In this document: piece by piece, positions 36,836 through 46,592 of the stretch
How positions within the stretch are numbered: the first letter of the stretch is position 1
How the letters are laid out: the number at the start of each line of letters is the position of its first letter
Origin: Bacteroidales bacterium UBA3743
GTDB lineage: Bacteria > Bacteroidota > Bacteroidia > Bacteroidales > Paludibacteraceae
Assembly: GCA_002371265.1 (NCBI GenBank)
Contig: DFGT01000032.1
Coordinates: forward strand, 24,102-88,101
Length of the DNA stretch: 64,000 nucleotides
Reading direction: 5' to 3'
Position numbers and translations under genes: made by a program
Notes under the pieces: model-generated
Told to the model about the DNA's origin: nothing
Databases searched by the model: none
Seen by the model: only the letters and a program-made list of their open reading frames with translations

Positions 36836-37606
36836 ATGGCAAACGACATCAACAACGACATATTCCACCGCGTCAACCTTGTGTTGGGAGAAGAGTTTGT
36901 GAGGAGAGCAGGCGACCTGAAAGTCATTGTGCTTGGTCTTGGAGGAGTGGGAAGCTGGTGCGCGGAAGGACTGTTTCGCACGGGATTCACCAATATGACA
37001 ATAGTCGATTGCGACACTGTCAATGCGACGAATATCAACCGTCAGATGCCGGCTCTCTCGACAACCATAGGAAAGAAGAAGACGGAAGTCGTGAAGGAAC
37101 GTTTGCTGGAAATCAATGGAGATGCCAAAGTGACCGTCATAGACAAAGCCTACACGGAGGCTGACCAAGCCTATTTTCATTTGGCCGATTACGACATCAT
37201 CATCGACGCAATAGACAGCCTGACAAACAAAGCAGCGTTGATTCTGGAAGCAGCGTCATATGACAACAAAATATTCGTTTCTTCTATGGGTGCAGCGTCG
37301 AAAATAGACGCCACTCAAATTTCAATAGCAGAATTCTGGAAAGTAGCGGGATGTCCGCTGGCTGCCGCTATTCGCAAAAGATTCAAAAAATTCAAGACGT
37401 TGCCTAAACATAAATTCAAATGCATCTACTCTCCTGAAATTCCATACCGCAGAGACGAATACCTGACAGAAGAAGACAAATCATCTTCCAAACAAGTGAA
37501 TGGTTCACTTATCCACATCACCGGAATATTCGGATTCATGATCACCAATGTGGTGGTGAATGAGGTGATGAAACGGATCAATTCCGTCGACAACCAAGCT
37601 GAATGA
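36836..37606 (+). CDS. tcdA: tRNA threonylcarbamoyladenosine dehydratase (ThiF/E1-like)
   Basis: It is 256 aa with VIVLGLGGVGSWCAEGLFRTGFTNMTIVDCDTVNATNINRQ. Confidence 0.85.
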   Translation: MANDINNDIFHRVNLVLGEEFVRRAGDLKVIVLGLGGVGSWCAEGLFRTGFTNMTIVDCDTVNATNINRQMPALSTTIGKKKTEVVKERLLEINGDAKVTVIDKAYTEADQAYFHLADYDIIIDAIDSLTNKAALILEAASYDNKIFVSSMGAASKIDATQISIAEFWKVAGCPLAAAIRKRFKKFKTLPKHKFKCIYSPEIPYRRDEYLTEEDKSSSKQVNGSLIHITGIFGFMITNVVVNEVMKRINSVDNQAE

Positions 37607-37627
37607 ATATTATTCTAACTACATAAT

Positions 37628-38665
37628 ATGAAAAAACGTTTAACCTATTTATTGCCCTTAATCGGACTATTGTCTGCATCTTGCAGTTCATCAACAAAAA
37701 ATCAGGAATTCGAAAACAACCCGACCCAAGAGTATTCAGCAGAGAACCAAACAGAGAGTGCCATATCCGATACTGAATACGAAGAAGAGGTTTATGAATC
37801 GGGATACGAAGAAGAAATGTCCGACGGTGTGAATATAGAAGAACTTGATTATCTCACAAGACAATTTTATTTAGGACACGATCCAGACGAATCTGAGCAA
37901 GCCATTTTGGATAGTATAGCGAACGAGTTCATTAACGAAGACACTCCTAAAAGTAAATATCTGATAACCAACAATTCTGCTGGATATTTCAGAATAGACG
38001 GCACCGTAAAAGAGACTAACAACGAGTACTACAAGTTAAAACTCCATGTGGGGGCTATCAACATGGTCGATGCGGCTTCTATTGCAGGCTGTTTCTTAGA
38101 TGAAAACAATGGAGATGACAGCCAAAGCGATGAAATAAATGGTTGTACAATGCCATACCCAGACGAGAACACAGCAATCGCTTTCGAAGGCAAATATTTC
38201 AAAAGCTTCGAAGAGGATGATCCTCAAAATGACGAATATAAAAATGACACGTCACTATATCTAATCCAATGTGAAAATACATCTTCTTGGTATCGCAAAG
38301 ACTCTATTGAAAGTATAGTTATACACTCAGAGGATTTCAAAACCCAAGAAGGCATCAGTGTCGGTTCTACATTTGAAGAACTGCAAGATACATATGGAGA
38401 TCTGTTTTTACACATAGGTTGGATAGAAAGCAATGAAAGAGTCGAGGTAAGAACAGCAAAATATCCAATGGTAAGGTTTATTTTTAAGGATGAAGATGTC
38501 ATTGACTTTTGCCGATATAAGAAATCCGAGAACAGTAACGAGCAATGTGAAGAAGATGGTTTTAATGGTTACAGAAAAGAAGACGGTTCTGGCATAAAAG
38601 CAAACTCAAAAATATGGAGAATCATTATCAACCGTTCTTACGTGACATGTCCAGATTGTTTATAA
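37628..38665 (+). CDS. Hypothetical acidic lipoprotein
   Basis: It is 345 aa with the lipobox LLSASC and a Glu/Asp-rich N-terminal half. I recognise no family. Confidence 0.6.
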   Translation: MKKRLTYLLPLIGLLSASCSSSTKNQEFENNPTQEYSAENQTESAISDTEYEEEVYESGYEEEMSDGVNIEELDYLTRQFYLGHDPDESEQAILDSIANEFINEDTPKSKYLITNNSAGYFRIDGTVKETNNEYYKLKLHVGAINMVDAASIAGCFLDENNGDDSQSDEINGCTMPYPDENTAIAFEGKYFKSFEEDDPQNDEYKNDTSLYLIQCENTSSWYRKDSIESIVIHSEDFKTQEGISVGSTFEELQDTYGDLFLHIGWIESNERVEVRTAKYPMVRFIFKDEDVIDFCRYKKSENSNEQCEEDGFNGYRKEDGSGIKANSKIWRIIINRSYVTCPDCL

Positions 38666-38755
38666 TAACTCTGTGGTATTATTAAATTCTATGTGCTTGC
38701 TTACACGAAGATAGGGGGAAACCCATTGACACTTAACAATACTCAACAAAAGAGC

Positions 38756-38789
38756 AAAAAAAGGGTTTGTAAAGAATCTTTACAAACCC
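38756..38789 (-). terminator. Rho-independent terminator after the MORN gene
   Basis: GGGTTTGTAAAG (38763-38774) pairs with CTTTACAAACCC (38778-38789). On the minus strand it is followed by TTTTTTT. Confidence 0.7.
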
Positions 38790-38824
38790 GCAAGGTGAGA
38801 TTATTATAAACTAAATTGTTTCAC

Positions 38825-39295
38825 TTACTGTTTCTTCACACGCTCGATTGAAATCTCCTCAATCATGTATGAATTCTCGAAAACACCAGTTTGCTTTGTT
38901 CCACTAGCGAAGATATAGACACCCTGTCCGTTTCTCTTACCCTCTAGGAACTCACCTTCGTAACGGTCTCCGTTTGCGAAACTGTATACGCCAGTACCGC
39001 TTGGCAGACCATCTACAAAGTCACCAGTATAAATATCACCTGTAGGATACACATAAGTACCCTTTCCATGGCGTTTTCCAGCCTTGAACTCTCCCGTGTA
39101 TTTAGCGCCGGAATTATAGGAATATGTTCCTTTTCCTTCAAACTGTCCGTCTACGAATTGACCATCGTACACTTCGCCATCTTCAAATGTGTAGATACCT
39201 TTACCGTTTCTGCATTTTCCCTTACACTGAGAATATGCATCTACACTGAACATCATTAGCGAAACAATCGCGATAAATAAAACCTTTATCTTCAT
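38825..39295 (-). CDS. MORN repeat protein (secreted)
   Basis: It is 156 aa with a signal peptide and repeated Y-x-G-x-F/W-x-x-G-K-x-x-G-x-G units (YDGQFVDGQFEGKG, YTGEFKAGKRHGKG, YEGEFLEGKRNGQG). Confidence 0.85.
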   Translation of the reverse strand: MKIKVLFIAIVSLMMFSVDAYSQCKGKCRNGKGIYTFEDGEVYDGQFVDGQFEGKGTYSYNSGAKYTGEFKAGKRHGKGTYVYPTGDIYTGDFVDGLPSGTGVYSFANGDRYEGEFLEGKRNGQGVYIFASGTKQTGVFENSYMIEEISIERVKKQ

Positions 39296-39324
39296 AATAT
39301 TGCTTACTTTTCAAACAACAGCGT

Positions 39325-39332
39325 CAAAGGTA
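39325..39332 (-). promoter_or_regulatory. Candidate -7 box TACCTTTG
   Basis: Plus-strand caaaggta lies 30 nt upstream of the ATG at 39295. Confidence 0.4.
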
Positions 39333-39412
39333 AACACTTTTTTGAAAATGCGTGTATAAATATTTAACTATTTTTAAAAATATGTTGTAAAAATGCTTTT
39401 TTAGCCGAGTTA

Positions 39413-40570
39413 TCAACCGCGGAACATCTTTACCATCATTTTTTTCGATTCCTCATAGTCGGATGCTTTTGGCTTAAATCCGTCGCTGTCCATCAACTTC
39501 TCCATCTCTTTTTTCTCATCCTTCGACAAATTCTTTGGAATGAAGACGCTGACATAAACCAACAGATCTCCACATCCATACGAATTCAAGCGTGGCAATC
39601 CTTTACCTTTCACTCTCAACAACTTACCATGCGTTGTGCCTGGCTCGATCTTCACTTCACACTTCTTTCCATCTACCGTAGGCACTTCTACCTTTCCTCC
39701 ACACACAGCCATTGGAAGTGGAATCAATGCGTTGTAGATCAAGTCCTCATTGTCGCGGAACAAATCTGGATCCTGCTCCTCCTCAATCTGAACAATCAAA
39801 TTACCTTTCTCGCCTCCTCTTCCAGCTGCATTTCCTCCTCCTGGGACACGAAGGCTCATTCCGTCCTGAACACCGGCAGGAATCTTAAACTTCACAGTCG
39901 CCTCTTTCTGTACAACGCCAGAACCGCCACAACACTTACATTTATTCTTTACAATCTGTCCTTCTCCGTCACAATCAGGACAATAAGATTGTGTTCTCAT
40001 CTGACCCATGATGGTACGCTGCACTCTATATACGACACCCTTACCACCACATGTCTGACATGTTGTTGTCTGTCCGTCTGCCGAACCTGTTCCCTTACAC
40101 TCTGAACACTCCTCATTACGTTTCAACTTCACCGTCTTCTCGACTCCGTTCATAACGTCCTTCAAAGTGACTTTAACTCTCACTCGCAAATCGCCGCCGC
40201 GACGTGTGACACGTCCGCCACCGCCGAAGCCGCCACTGAACGCTCCACCGAACGCACCGCCAAAAATATCACCAAACTGTGAGAAAATGTCTTCCATTGA
40301 CATTCCTCCACCAAAGCCGCCTCCACCGAAGCCTCCCTGATCATCAAGTCCGGCATGTCCATATTTGTCGTATCGAGCACGTTTATTCTCGTCGCTCAAC
40401 ACTTCATACGCCTCTGCTGCTTCCTTAAACTTAGCCTCTGCCTCTGGATTGTCAGGGTTTCTGTCCGGATGATACTGAATGGCTTTCTTTCGGTATGCTT
40501 TTTTCAACTCTTCTGCTGTGGCTGTCTTTGATACGCCAAGCACTTCGTAGTAATCTCTCTTCTCTGCCAT
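39413..40570 (-). CDS. dnaJ: Molecular chaperone DnaJ
   Basis: It has a J domain (DYYEVLGV...HPDRN), a G/F region and four CxxCxGxG zinc motifs. Confidence 0.95.
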   Translation of the reverse strand: MAEKRDYYEVLGVSKTATAEELKKAYRKKAIQYHPDRNPDNPEAEAKFKEAAEAYEVLSDENKRARYDKYGHAGLDDQGGFGGGGFGGGMSMEDIFSQFGDIFGGAFGGAFSGGFGGGGRVTRRGGDLRVRVKVTLKDVMNGVEKTVKLKRNEECSECKGTGSADGQTTTCQTCGGKGVVYRVQRTIMGQMRTQSYCPDCDGEGQIVKNKCKCCGGSGVVQKEATVKFKIPAGVQDGMSLRVPGGGNAAGRGGEKGNLIVQIEEEQDPDLFRDNEDLIYNALIPLPMAVCGGKVEVPTVDGKKCEVKIEPGTTHGKLLRVKGKGLPRLNSYGCGDLLVYVSVFIPKNLSKDEKKEMEKLMDSDGFKPKASDYEESKKMMVKMFRG

Positions 40571-40574
40571 GACT

Positions 40575-41186
40575 TTATGCTCCTATTACGACTTTGGCAA
40601 ATCTCACGACCTTCTCACCCATGATATAACCTTTCTGAGTACAGTCGATGACAACACCTTTTTTATCTTCTCCCATTGGCACCTGAGCGACTGCCTCATG
40701 GAAGTCGGTATTGAAGGGCAAGCCTACAGTCTCGATTTCTTTTACATTGTTACTATCAAGGAATTTAACAAATTTATTATAGATCAAATCTATTCCTTCT
40801 TTCACTCCATCCACAGAATCTGCTTTCTGCACAGACACCATTGCTCTCTCCACATCGTCTATAAGCGGAAGCATCTGCTCTAGCACATTCTTGCCTGCTG
40901 TCTGGATCAGTTCTGCTTTCTCCTTTAACGTACGTTTCTTATAGTTGTCAAATTCAGCGTAAAGGCGCAAATACTGGTCTTTCTGAGCTGCCACCTGAGC
41001 CTCAAGCTCCGCAATTTTCGCATCTTTCTCATCAACTGGCTCTGCAGTAGCGGTCTCTTCAGCCTCTGAATCTGTTGTTTCTGCTGTCTCCGACGCTGCG
41101 GCTTCTGCTGTCTCTGCTGTAGCCTCAACAGTCTGCTCTTCTGCGTTTTCCACTTTTTGTTCTTCTATATTATTATCTTCTGCCAT
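40575..41186 (-). CDS. grpE: Nucleotide exchange factor GrpE
   Basis: It is 203 aa with [14 protein letters not shown] and a C-terminal beta domain. It lies directly upstream of dnaJ. Confidence 0.92.
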   Translation of the reverse strand: MAEDNNIEEQKVENAEEQTVEATAETAEAAASETAETTDSEAEETATAEPVDEKDAKIAELEAQVAAQKDQYLRLYAEFDNYKKRTLKEKAELIQTAGKNVLEQMLPLIDDVERAMVSVQKADSVDGVKEGIDLIYNKFVKFLDSNNVKEIETVGLPFNTDFHEAVAQVPMGEDKKGVVIDCTQKGYIMGEKVVRFAKVVIGA

Positions 41187-41353
41187 ATCATTAAATTTTA
41201 TCTATTATATATAATACACATTTAATCGTAATCAAAAAGTTTGCCAAACTTGCAAAACTGCAAATTTGGCAGACAATTCAGTTTTTTAGTATGTCACTTA
41301 TGACAATTAGTCACTTTTTCTAAATCTAGGGAATAAATTTTATTTGTCCGAAA

Positions 41354-41581
41354 TCAAAAACAAGTTCCCAGTATAATACTGACAACGCCTATAATGATAG
41401 GGAACCATATTCTCGAAATGTTCTGCCAAATACGGCTGACTTTCTCCCCCATAAACTTTGCGGTTGTGTCTACAGCTTTTTCAAATCGCTTAGGATTGTT
41501 TATCTTCTCGTAAAGGTTATAGCCTCCAAAAGCGACGGCAATCAAGCCAATCACAACAAAAAAAATTGGATCATCGTTCAT
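41354..41581 (-). CDS. Small two-TM membrane protein
   Basis: It is 75 aa with two hydrophobic helices and sits downstream of the M23 gene. I recognise no family. Confidence 0.45.
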   Translation of the reverse strand: MNDDPIFFVVIGLIAVAFGGYNLYEKINNPKRFEKAVDTTAKFMGEKVSRIWQNISRIWFPIIIGVVSIILGTCF

Positions 41582-41593
41582 ACCTTTTCGTTT

Positions 41594-42559
41594 TTAGTCA
41601 AACACATTACCATTATTAGATGTCAGACGCACCATCTCATCATACTCTTCCGGATTCAAATCCTGGAAATAATAGTTGCGAGGGTCTGTCACCTTTCCTT
41701 TATAATGCACCTCATAGTGAAGGTGAGTACCCGTACTCTTACCAGTATTACCCATATAACCAATCACGTCGCCACGGTTGACCTGCTGGCCTCGCTTCAA
41801 CTTGAATCCGTCCATGTGAGCGTATAGGGTCTCATAGCCGAAGCCGTGGTCGATGATCATACAGTTTCCATATCCCTGCTTCCAGCCCACAAATGTAAGT
41901 GTACCTTTGGCTGTGGCAAAAATTTCAGAACGATGGGCTCCTGAGAAGTCCATTCCTGCATGGAACTTAGGAGTCTTGTATATAGGGTCGATACGCATAC
42001 CGTATCCAGATGCCATACGTTTCATATCCTTATTGAGCACTGGCTGGATAGACGGTGTACGAAGGAGACGTTCCTCATGATTCTTGGCAGCGTCGAACAC
42101 CTCATTGAATGATTTGCTCTGCACATATAGTTTACGACGCAGTTCATCCACTTTTTGTGTGGTGAGTGTAGCGATATCAGAAGATGTTTTCTCTCGCAAA
42201 TCCTTATACTTAACAGAAGTCTTGTCGATCTCCCTTGCCTCACTTGGGACAGGATCTGCGTTCACAACGACGCGATACAAGTTGTCGTCACGCTGCTGTA
42301 TATCAGTCAACACCTCCTGAATCTCCTCAATCTGCGAGTTCAACAATTCGTACTGAGCCTCCAATTCAAGCTTCTCACTACGGAGAACCTTTTCATTTGG
42401 ACTCTCAAACAACATTACAAACAACACGAAACATGCTAATCCTGCAAACACGCTCGACACCAGATGCGAGATGATATTGGATATCCTATACTGTATCTTA
42501 TTATCGATACGGAAATAGGTCATAGTTTTCGGGTCAAAATGATATATGGGTTTAGCCAT
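41594..42559 (-). CDS. M23 family metallopeptidase with N-terminal TM and coiled coil
   Basis: The start is trimmed to MAKPIYHF. It has HAGMDF (HxxxD) and GTHLHYEVH (HxH) motifs. Confidence 0.88.
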   Translation of the reverse strand: MAKPIYHFDPKTMTYFRIDNKIQYRISNIISHLVSSVFAGLACFVLFVMLFESPNEKVLRSEKLELEAQYELLNSQIEEIQEVLTDIQQRDDNLYRVVVNADPVPSEAREIDKTSVKYKDLREKTSSDIATLTTQKVDELRRKLYVQSKSFNEVFDAAKNHEERLLRTPSIQPVLNKDMKRMASGYGMRIDPIYKTPKFHAGMDFSGAHRSEIFATAKGTLTFVGWKQGYGNCMIIDHGFGYETLYAHMDGFKLKRGQQVNRGDVIGYMGNTGKSTGTHLHYEVHYKGKVTDPRNYYFQDLNPEEYDEMVRLTSNNGNVFD

Positions 42560-42637
42560 TTTCTCTCTAAAGTTACAATTAATACGCAAATATATCTTTT
42601 TTATCGGTTTTTATAAAATATGCTCTGCTAAAATGCT

Positions 42638-42645
42638 TATATTTG
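42638..42645 (+). promoter_or_regulatory. Candidate -7 box TATATTTG for pyrH
   Basis: The plus-strand box lies 27 nt upstream of the ATG at 42672 and inside the over-long track ORF. Confidence 0.4.
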
Positions 42646-42671
42646 CTGATAAATATAAAAAAATCGGTGAA

Positions 42672-43382
42672 ATGGCACGTTTTAAGAGAATTTTATTGAA
42701 GTTAAGCGGAGAATCATTGCAGGGTAGCAAAGGCTACGGTATCGACGAGACTCGTCTTGCGGAATATGCACAACAAATAAAGGAGATCAAAGAAATGGGT
42801 GTCGAGATCGGCATCGTAATCGGTGGAGGAAATATTTTCCGTGGATTGAGCGGAGCAAAAGCCGGATTCGACCGTGTGAAGGGCGACCAGATGGGAATGC
42901 TTGCCACAGTGATCAACGGCATGGCTCTTTCATCCGCACTTGCATCTATCGGTCAGCCAGCAAAGGTGTTGACTGCTATCCGTATGGAGCCTATCGGTGA
43001 ATTCTACACTCGCGACAAAGCAGTGGAGACAATGCAGAGCGGTGCGATCGCAATCATGACTGCCGGCACAGGTTGTCCTTTCTTCACAACTGACACTGGT
43101 TCAGCTCTCCGAGCAATCGAGATTGGAGCAGACGTGATGTTGAAGGGTACTCGTGTAGACGGAATTTATACTGCCGACCCTGAAAAAGACCCTACTGCAA
43201 CTAAGTTTGACGAAATCAGCTACGATGAGATTCTGAACCGTGGATTGAAGGTGATGGATGTCACAGCCACAGCGTTGGCAAAAGACAACAAGATGCCTAT
43301 CATGGTGTTCAACATGGATGTCGTGGGCAATTTGAAGAAGGTGATGTCGGGCGACAATATCGGCACTTTCGTTCACCCTTAA
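42672..43382 (+). CDS. pyrH: UMP kinase
   Basis: The start is trimmed to MARFKRILLKLSGE. It has GIVIGGGNIFRG and VDGIYTADP motifs. Confidence 0.93.
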   Translation: MARFKRILLKLSGESLQGSKGYGIDETRLAEYAQQIKEIKEMGVEIGIVIGGGNIFRGLSGAKAGFDRVKGDQMGMLATVINGMALSSALASIGQPAKVLTAIRMEPIGEFYTRDKAVETMQSGAIAIMTAGTGCPFFTTDTGSALRAIEIGADVMLKGTRVDGIYTADPEKDPTATKFDEISYDEILNRGLKVMDVTATALAKDNKMPIMVFNMDVVGNLKKVMSGDNIGTFVHP

Positions 43383-43414
43383 ATGAATTAAGAATTCCAG
43401 CGGAATACAAAATT

Positions 43415-43450
43415 ACGCAGAGGTCCAAACACCTCTGCGTTTCTTATTTT
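43415..43450 (+). terminator. Rho-independent terminator after pyrH
   Basis: ACGCAGAGGT (43415-43424) pairs with ACCTCTGCGT (43431-43440) and is followed by TTCTTATTTT. Confidence 0.7.
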
Positions 43451-43478
43451 AGGTCTAAATTATAATCTGGATCACAAA

Positions 43479-44246
43479 ATGAAGACATATTGGTTTGCAT
43501 TCAACGAAAAATCTGAAATAGTTGTTGAGAAAAAAGCAGAAGGCGGATATAGGATTCCGTTTGCGGAGACGGTGCCGTTTGCAATAAAATCGGAAACAAT
43601 CACTTTGCCAGAATTGAACGGATGTCCCGCCAAAGCCGTCTCTATTGATGGCGAATTGCCGTCGACTTTAGAATTTTCCGGATTACGCGATTCTTATGTC
43701 AAACTGCCTTTCGATGAATACTACGCAGCAGGAAAGGCTGCCGAACTGATCAATTTTCACACCAATATCCGATTCTGCTCGCATTGCGGAAAAGAGATGG
43801 AGAAGAAGACGGATATCAGCCGCGTCTGCACAGGATGCGGCAGAGAGATCTGGGCTCCGGTGCAGCCGGCGATCATCGTGCTTGTTTCCAGAGATAAGGA
43901 TGAAGTGCTGCTAGCAAGAGCAAAAAATTTCAGACGTCCGTATTATGGACTTATTGCAGGATTTGTAGAGACGGGAGAAAGCATAGAGGAGACGGTGCGA
44001 CGCGAAGTGATGGAAGAGACGGGATTGAAAATCAAGAATATCCGTTACTACAAATCTCAGCCATGGCCTTATCCCAACAATCTGATGCTTGGATTTTTTG
44101 CGGAATACGAGAGTGGAGAGATTAAAGTGCAGGAGGAGGAATTGCTCGACTGCCGATGGTTCAACCGTCATGCGATGCCAGAAATTCCAGGAAAACTATC
44201 CATGGCAAGGATGCTGCTAGATGAATGGCTCTCTTGGGAAAAATGA
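43479..44246 (+). CDS. nudC: NADH pyrophosphatase (Nudix hydrolase with zinc ribbon)
   Basis: It has the zinc ribbon CSHCGKEM...CTGCG and the Nudix box GFVETGESIEETVRREVMEETGL, followed by SQPWPYPNNLMLGF. Confidence 0.85.
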   Translation: MKTYWFAFNEKSEIVVEKKAEGGYRIPFAETVPFAIKSETITLPELNGCPAKAVSIDGELPSTLEFSGLRDSYVKLPFDEYYAAGKAAELINFHTNIRFCSHCGKEMEKKTDISRVCTGCGREIWAPVQPAIIVLVSRDKDEVLLARAKNFRRPYYGLIAGFVETGESIEETVRREVMEETGLKIKNIRYYKSQPWPYPNNLMLGFFAEYESGEIKVQEEELLDCRWFNRHAMPEIPGKLSMARMLLDEWLSWEK

Positions 44247-44269
44247 AAAATTAAGAATGAAGAATGATG

Positions 44270-44545
44270 GGACTGTAAGTCCAACTACAACATAGCCCAG
44301 GGTAAAGCGAAGCGAAACCCTGGGGCTTATAATGTTCCGATGCAATGATGCCCTGAAAGGGCAAAATCCATAAATAAATTATTATATCAGCTCGCCTTAC
44401 GGCTCGCACTTAGGGAGAGGTTAGGGCGTTCCGCCCTTAACAATCCTCAATCTATAACCAAATTTGAACAGATTTCCCGAATACCCAGACGCAGATGACA
44501 GGGTCTTATATAAAACAAAAGACGGGGACATGCCCCGTCTCTACA
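44270..44545. repeat. Cluster of short GC-rich hairpin modules
   Basis: The modules are gcccagggt...accctggggc (44297-44328), tgccctgaaagggca (44350-44364), ctcgccttacggctcgca...agggcgttccgccct (44390-44437; homolog at 55095-55139) and AGACGGGG-acatg-CCCCGTCT (44520-44540). Confidence 0.7.
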
Positions 44546-44559
44546 AATATCGTTAATCT

Positions 44560-44640
44560 TTAACCATTAATCTTCCTCAATCTTTTCTCAATCTCCTCCA
44601 TCACCGGCATCTCCACTCCTTTCGCCAAACCGAGTCGAGA
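44560..44640 (-). pseudogene. Relic of a panE 3' end (last ~26 codons)
   Basis: The minus strand reads SRLGLAKGVEMPVMEEIEKRLRKING*. The intact PanE C-terminus at 45674-45760 reads RLGLAKGVEMPVMEEMEKRLKEIKNRC*. The DNA is nearly identical over ~55 nt. Confidence 0.75.
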
Positions 44641-44721
44641 AAAACATCCATGGCAAGAATACTGATGGACGAATATCTCTCTTTGAAAATCAAGTATGAA
44701 GAATGCATCCAAACATGGTAA
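44641..44721 (+). pseudogene. Relic of a nudC 3' end
   Basis: The plus strand reads KTSMARILMDEYLSL.... The intact NudC C-terminus at 44193-44246 reads KLSMARMLLDEWLSWEK*. The heptamer tail aagtatgaagaatg matches aagaatgaagaatg at 44254-44267. Confidence 0.65.
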
Positions 44722-44758
44722 AGGTCACTCAATCATGAACATTAGCGTGTTTCCTACT

Positions 44759-45655
44759 TTACTCCTTTCCGTAGATTTTTTTTAGCACATTCATATCCAT
44801 GCCATTTATTTCCAATCTGTCCGTATCAAACCAAATAAAAAATCCGTTTTTAAAATGAGTCGACAAAACTTTAAAAGTTTTTATCCCATACAAATCTCGG
44901 CCATAAAGTAGAGAAGTACAAACATCTGTAACTGTCATATACGGATTATCTGGAGTGTGAGAATGAGTAGAGCTCACTATTTCTTTCGAATCAACCGATA
45001 TTCCCAAATAACCTTTATGACAACGCTTGAATGACGTGATATTGAAATCATTGTCATAATCCACAATATAGTCGTTTCCATAAGGAAGAATTCCCATAAG
45101 TGTTGTCCCCTGAAGGATATATAGTCTATACCCATTCTTTCGCTTTATTATATCGATGTTCAGAGTTCCTTTTGCACTGGGGTGGTTATAAATACTATCT
45201 CCATAAGCTTTCGAAAGTTTCTCCAAGCAGGTTTTCTTTGTTTTTAGAGCACTCTTCTCTTCATCGGAAAGTGGTCGGACTTCATTGCTCCACTGCAATC
45301 CATTCCTCAGTTCATCTAATTTTCCCTTTCCACAAAACACAACATTCTCTTCTTTATCATCAGTAAAGACGCTCGTGAACACATCATCTTCCTCATAAAC
45401 CACATATCCACCTATATCCTTCAAATTCTTACTATGAACACCAGCTGAATCTGAAGTCATCCATGCGACTTTTTCATGACCATACAATCGCAATCCTTCT
45501 GCCAGAATACTATCTGCAATAGGTTTAAACTCTCCCATTGAAGGACATTTAATTACTTCTGTCTTTTCCTTCTTATGATTCTTTTCTCTTGACGCCACCG
45601 CATTACTACAGGAAAACACAAATAATAACAAAACAGATAAATAATAACGTATCAT
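44759..45655 (-). CDS. Hypothetical lipoprotein (accessory, inside the nudC/panE scar)
   Basis: It is 298 aa with the lipobox LLFVFSC. I recognise no family. It begins 18 nt downstream of the panE stop. Confidence 0.6.
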   Translation of the reverse strand: MIRYYLSVLLLFVFSCSNAVASREKNHKKEKTEVIKCPSMGEFKPIADSILAEGLRLYGHEKVAWMTSDSAGVHSKNLKDIGGYVVYEEDDVFTSVFTDDKEENVVFCGKGKLDELRNGLQWSNEVRPLSDEEKSALKTKKTCLEKLSKAYGDSIYNHPSAKGTLNIDIIKRKNGYRLYILQGTTLMGILPYGNDYIVDYDNDFNITSFKRCHKGYLGISVDSKEIVSSTHSHTPDNPYMTVTDVCTSLLYGRDLYGIKTFKVLSTHFKNGFFIWFDTDRLEINGMDMNVLKKIYGKE

Positions 45656-45673
45656 ATCAGTATTCTTATAAAA

Positions 45674-46582
45674 TTAGCATCTATTCTTTATCTCTTTCAA
45701 TCTTTTCTCCATCTCCTCCATCACCGGCATCTCCACTCCTTTCGCCAATCCTAATCTGAGTGGACGAGAATATATCGCCTCCACCTCCAATCGGCGTCCG
45801 TGTGAATAATCCACATGCATGCTTGGATAGTATGGTTTCATATTGAGTGTCATCTCTATCATCTCGTCGGCAAACGATTCATCCACATCAGCTCCGTTAG
45901 CCTGGGCTGCTTTGATGATCTCCAGCATCGCCGGTTTGACATACATTTCTTTCTCTCTGCCAAACAACAACTCTTCTGTGTTTTTCCCGAACAACACCGA
46001 CTGCCCGTTGAAACCGGTATTCCACACCAGTTTCTTCCATCTTGCTGTGTTGAGATCATCCGCACGAACGACGTTAATACCTGCATCCTCCATATCTGCA
46101 ACCATCGCGTCGAACGCATCACATGGCTCATCTCCAAGAAGAGCTAGCGTCAGTTTGCCATAGTCATAATGGGAAACCACAGCTGGAGCCGTTTTTTCCG
46201 CGCAGATGAATGCCAATCCACCACATATTCTCGCTTCTGGAAACTCCTCCTGCAACTCCTGTTCGTAGCCGATGCCATTCTGTATCAACGCAATCAGCGT
46301 TCCCTCCTTCACAATCGGATCAAGCAATTCAGGAAGAAGTCGGTTCTGCAACGTCTTCAGACCAACCAAAACAACATCAGCTTTGGGCATCGAAGCCGTG
46401 GAATTATAGGCGTTGATATGTTCGATTTCGAAATCTCCGTTGACGGAATTCACTCTCAATCCGTTGCTCCATGCAGCGTCGTAATCAGAATGGAAAAGGA
46501 AATGGACATCCGCGTCAGCATTTGCCAGCATTCCTCCATAATATCCGCCAATAGCGCCAGTTCCAACTACAGCGTATCTCAT
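45674..46582 (-). CDS. panE: 2-dehydropantoate 2-reductase (ApbA/PanE family)
   Basis: It is 302 aa with the N-terminal Rossmann motif VVGTGAIGGYYGG and an ApbA C-terminal domain. Confidence 0.8.
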   Translation of the reverse strand: MRYAVVGTGAIGGYYGGMLANADADVHFLFHSDYDAAWSNGLRVNSVNGDFEIEHINAYNSTASMPKADVVLVGLKTLQNRLLPELLDPIVKEGTLIALIQNGIGYEQELQEEFPEARICGGLAFICAEKTAPAVVSHYDYGKLTLALLGDEPCDAFDAMVADMEDAGINVVRADDLNTARWKKLVWNTGFNGQSVLFGKNTEELLFGREKEMYVKPAMLEIIKAAQANGADVDESFADEMIEMTLNMKPYYPSMHVDYSHGRRLEVEAIYSRPLRLGLAKGVEMPVMEEMEKRLKEIKNRC

Positions 46583-46592
46583 CTTGACTATA

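Noticed and set aside
41187-41353. An inverted repeat TGCCAAA-N16-TTTGGCA upstream of grpE-dnaJ as a heat-shock operator (CIRCE/HAIR-like).
   Set aside because: It does not match the CIRCE consensus I know, and no TAnnTTTG or sigma-32-like box could be placed relative to it. The evidence is insufficient.
42546-42671. N-terminal extensions in several track ORFs. They include pyrH 42546, glmS 30811, recJ 34858, M23 42589, 46593-47483, 26858-27286 and 25636-26208.
   Set aside because: The extensions lack similarity to the families. They often contain the candidate -7 promoter box or overlap the neighbouring gene. Internal Met codons give canonical N-termini or signal peptides.
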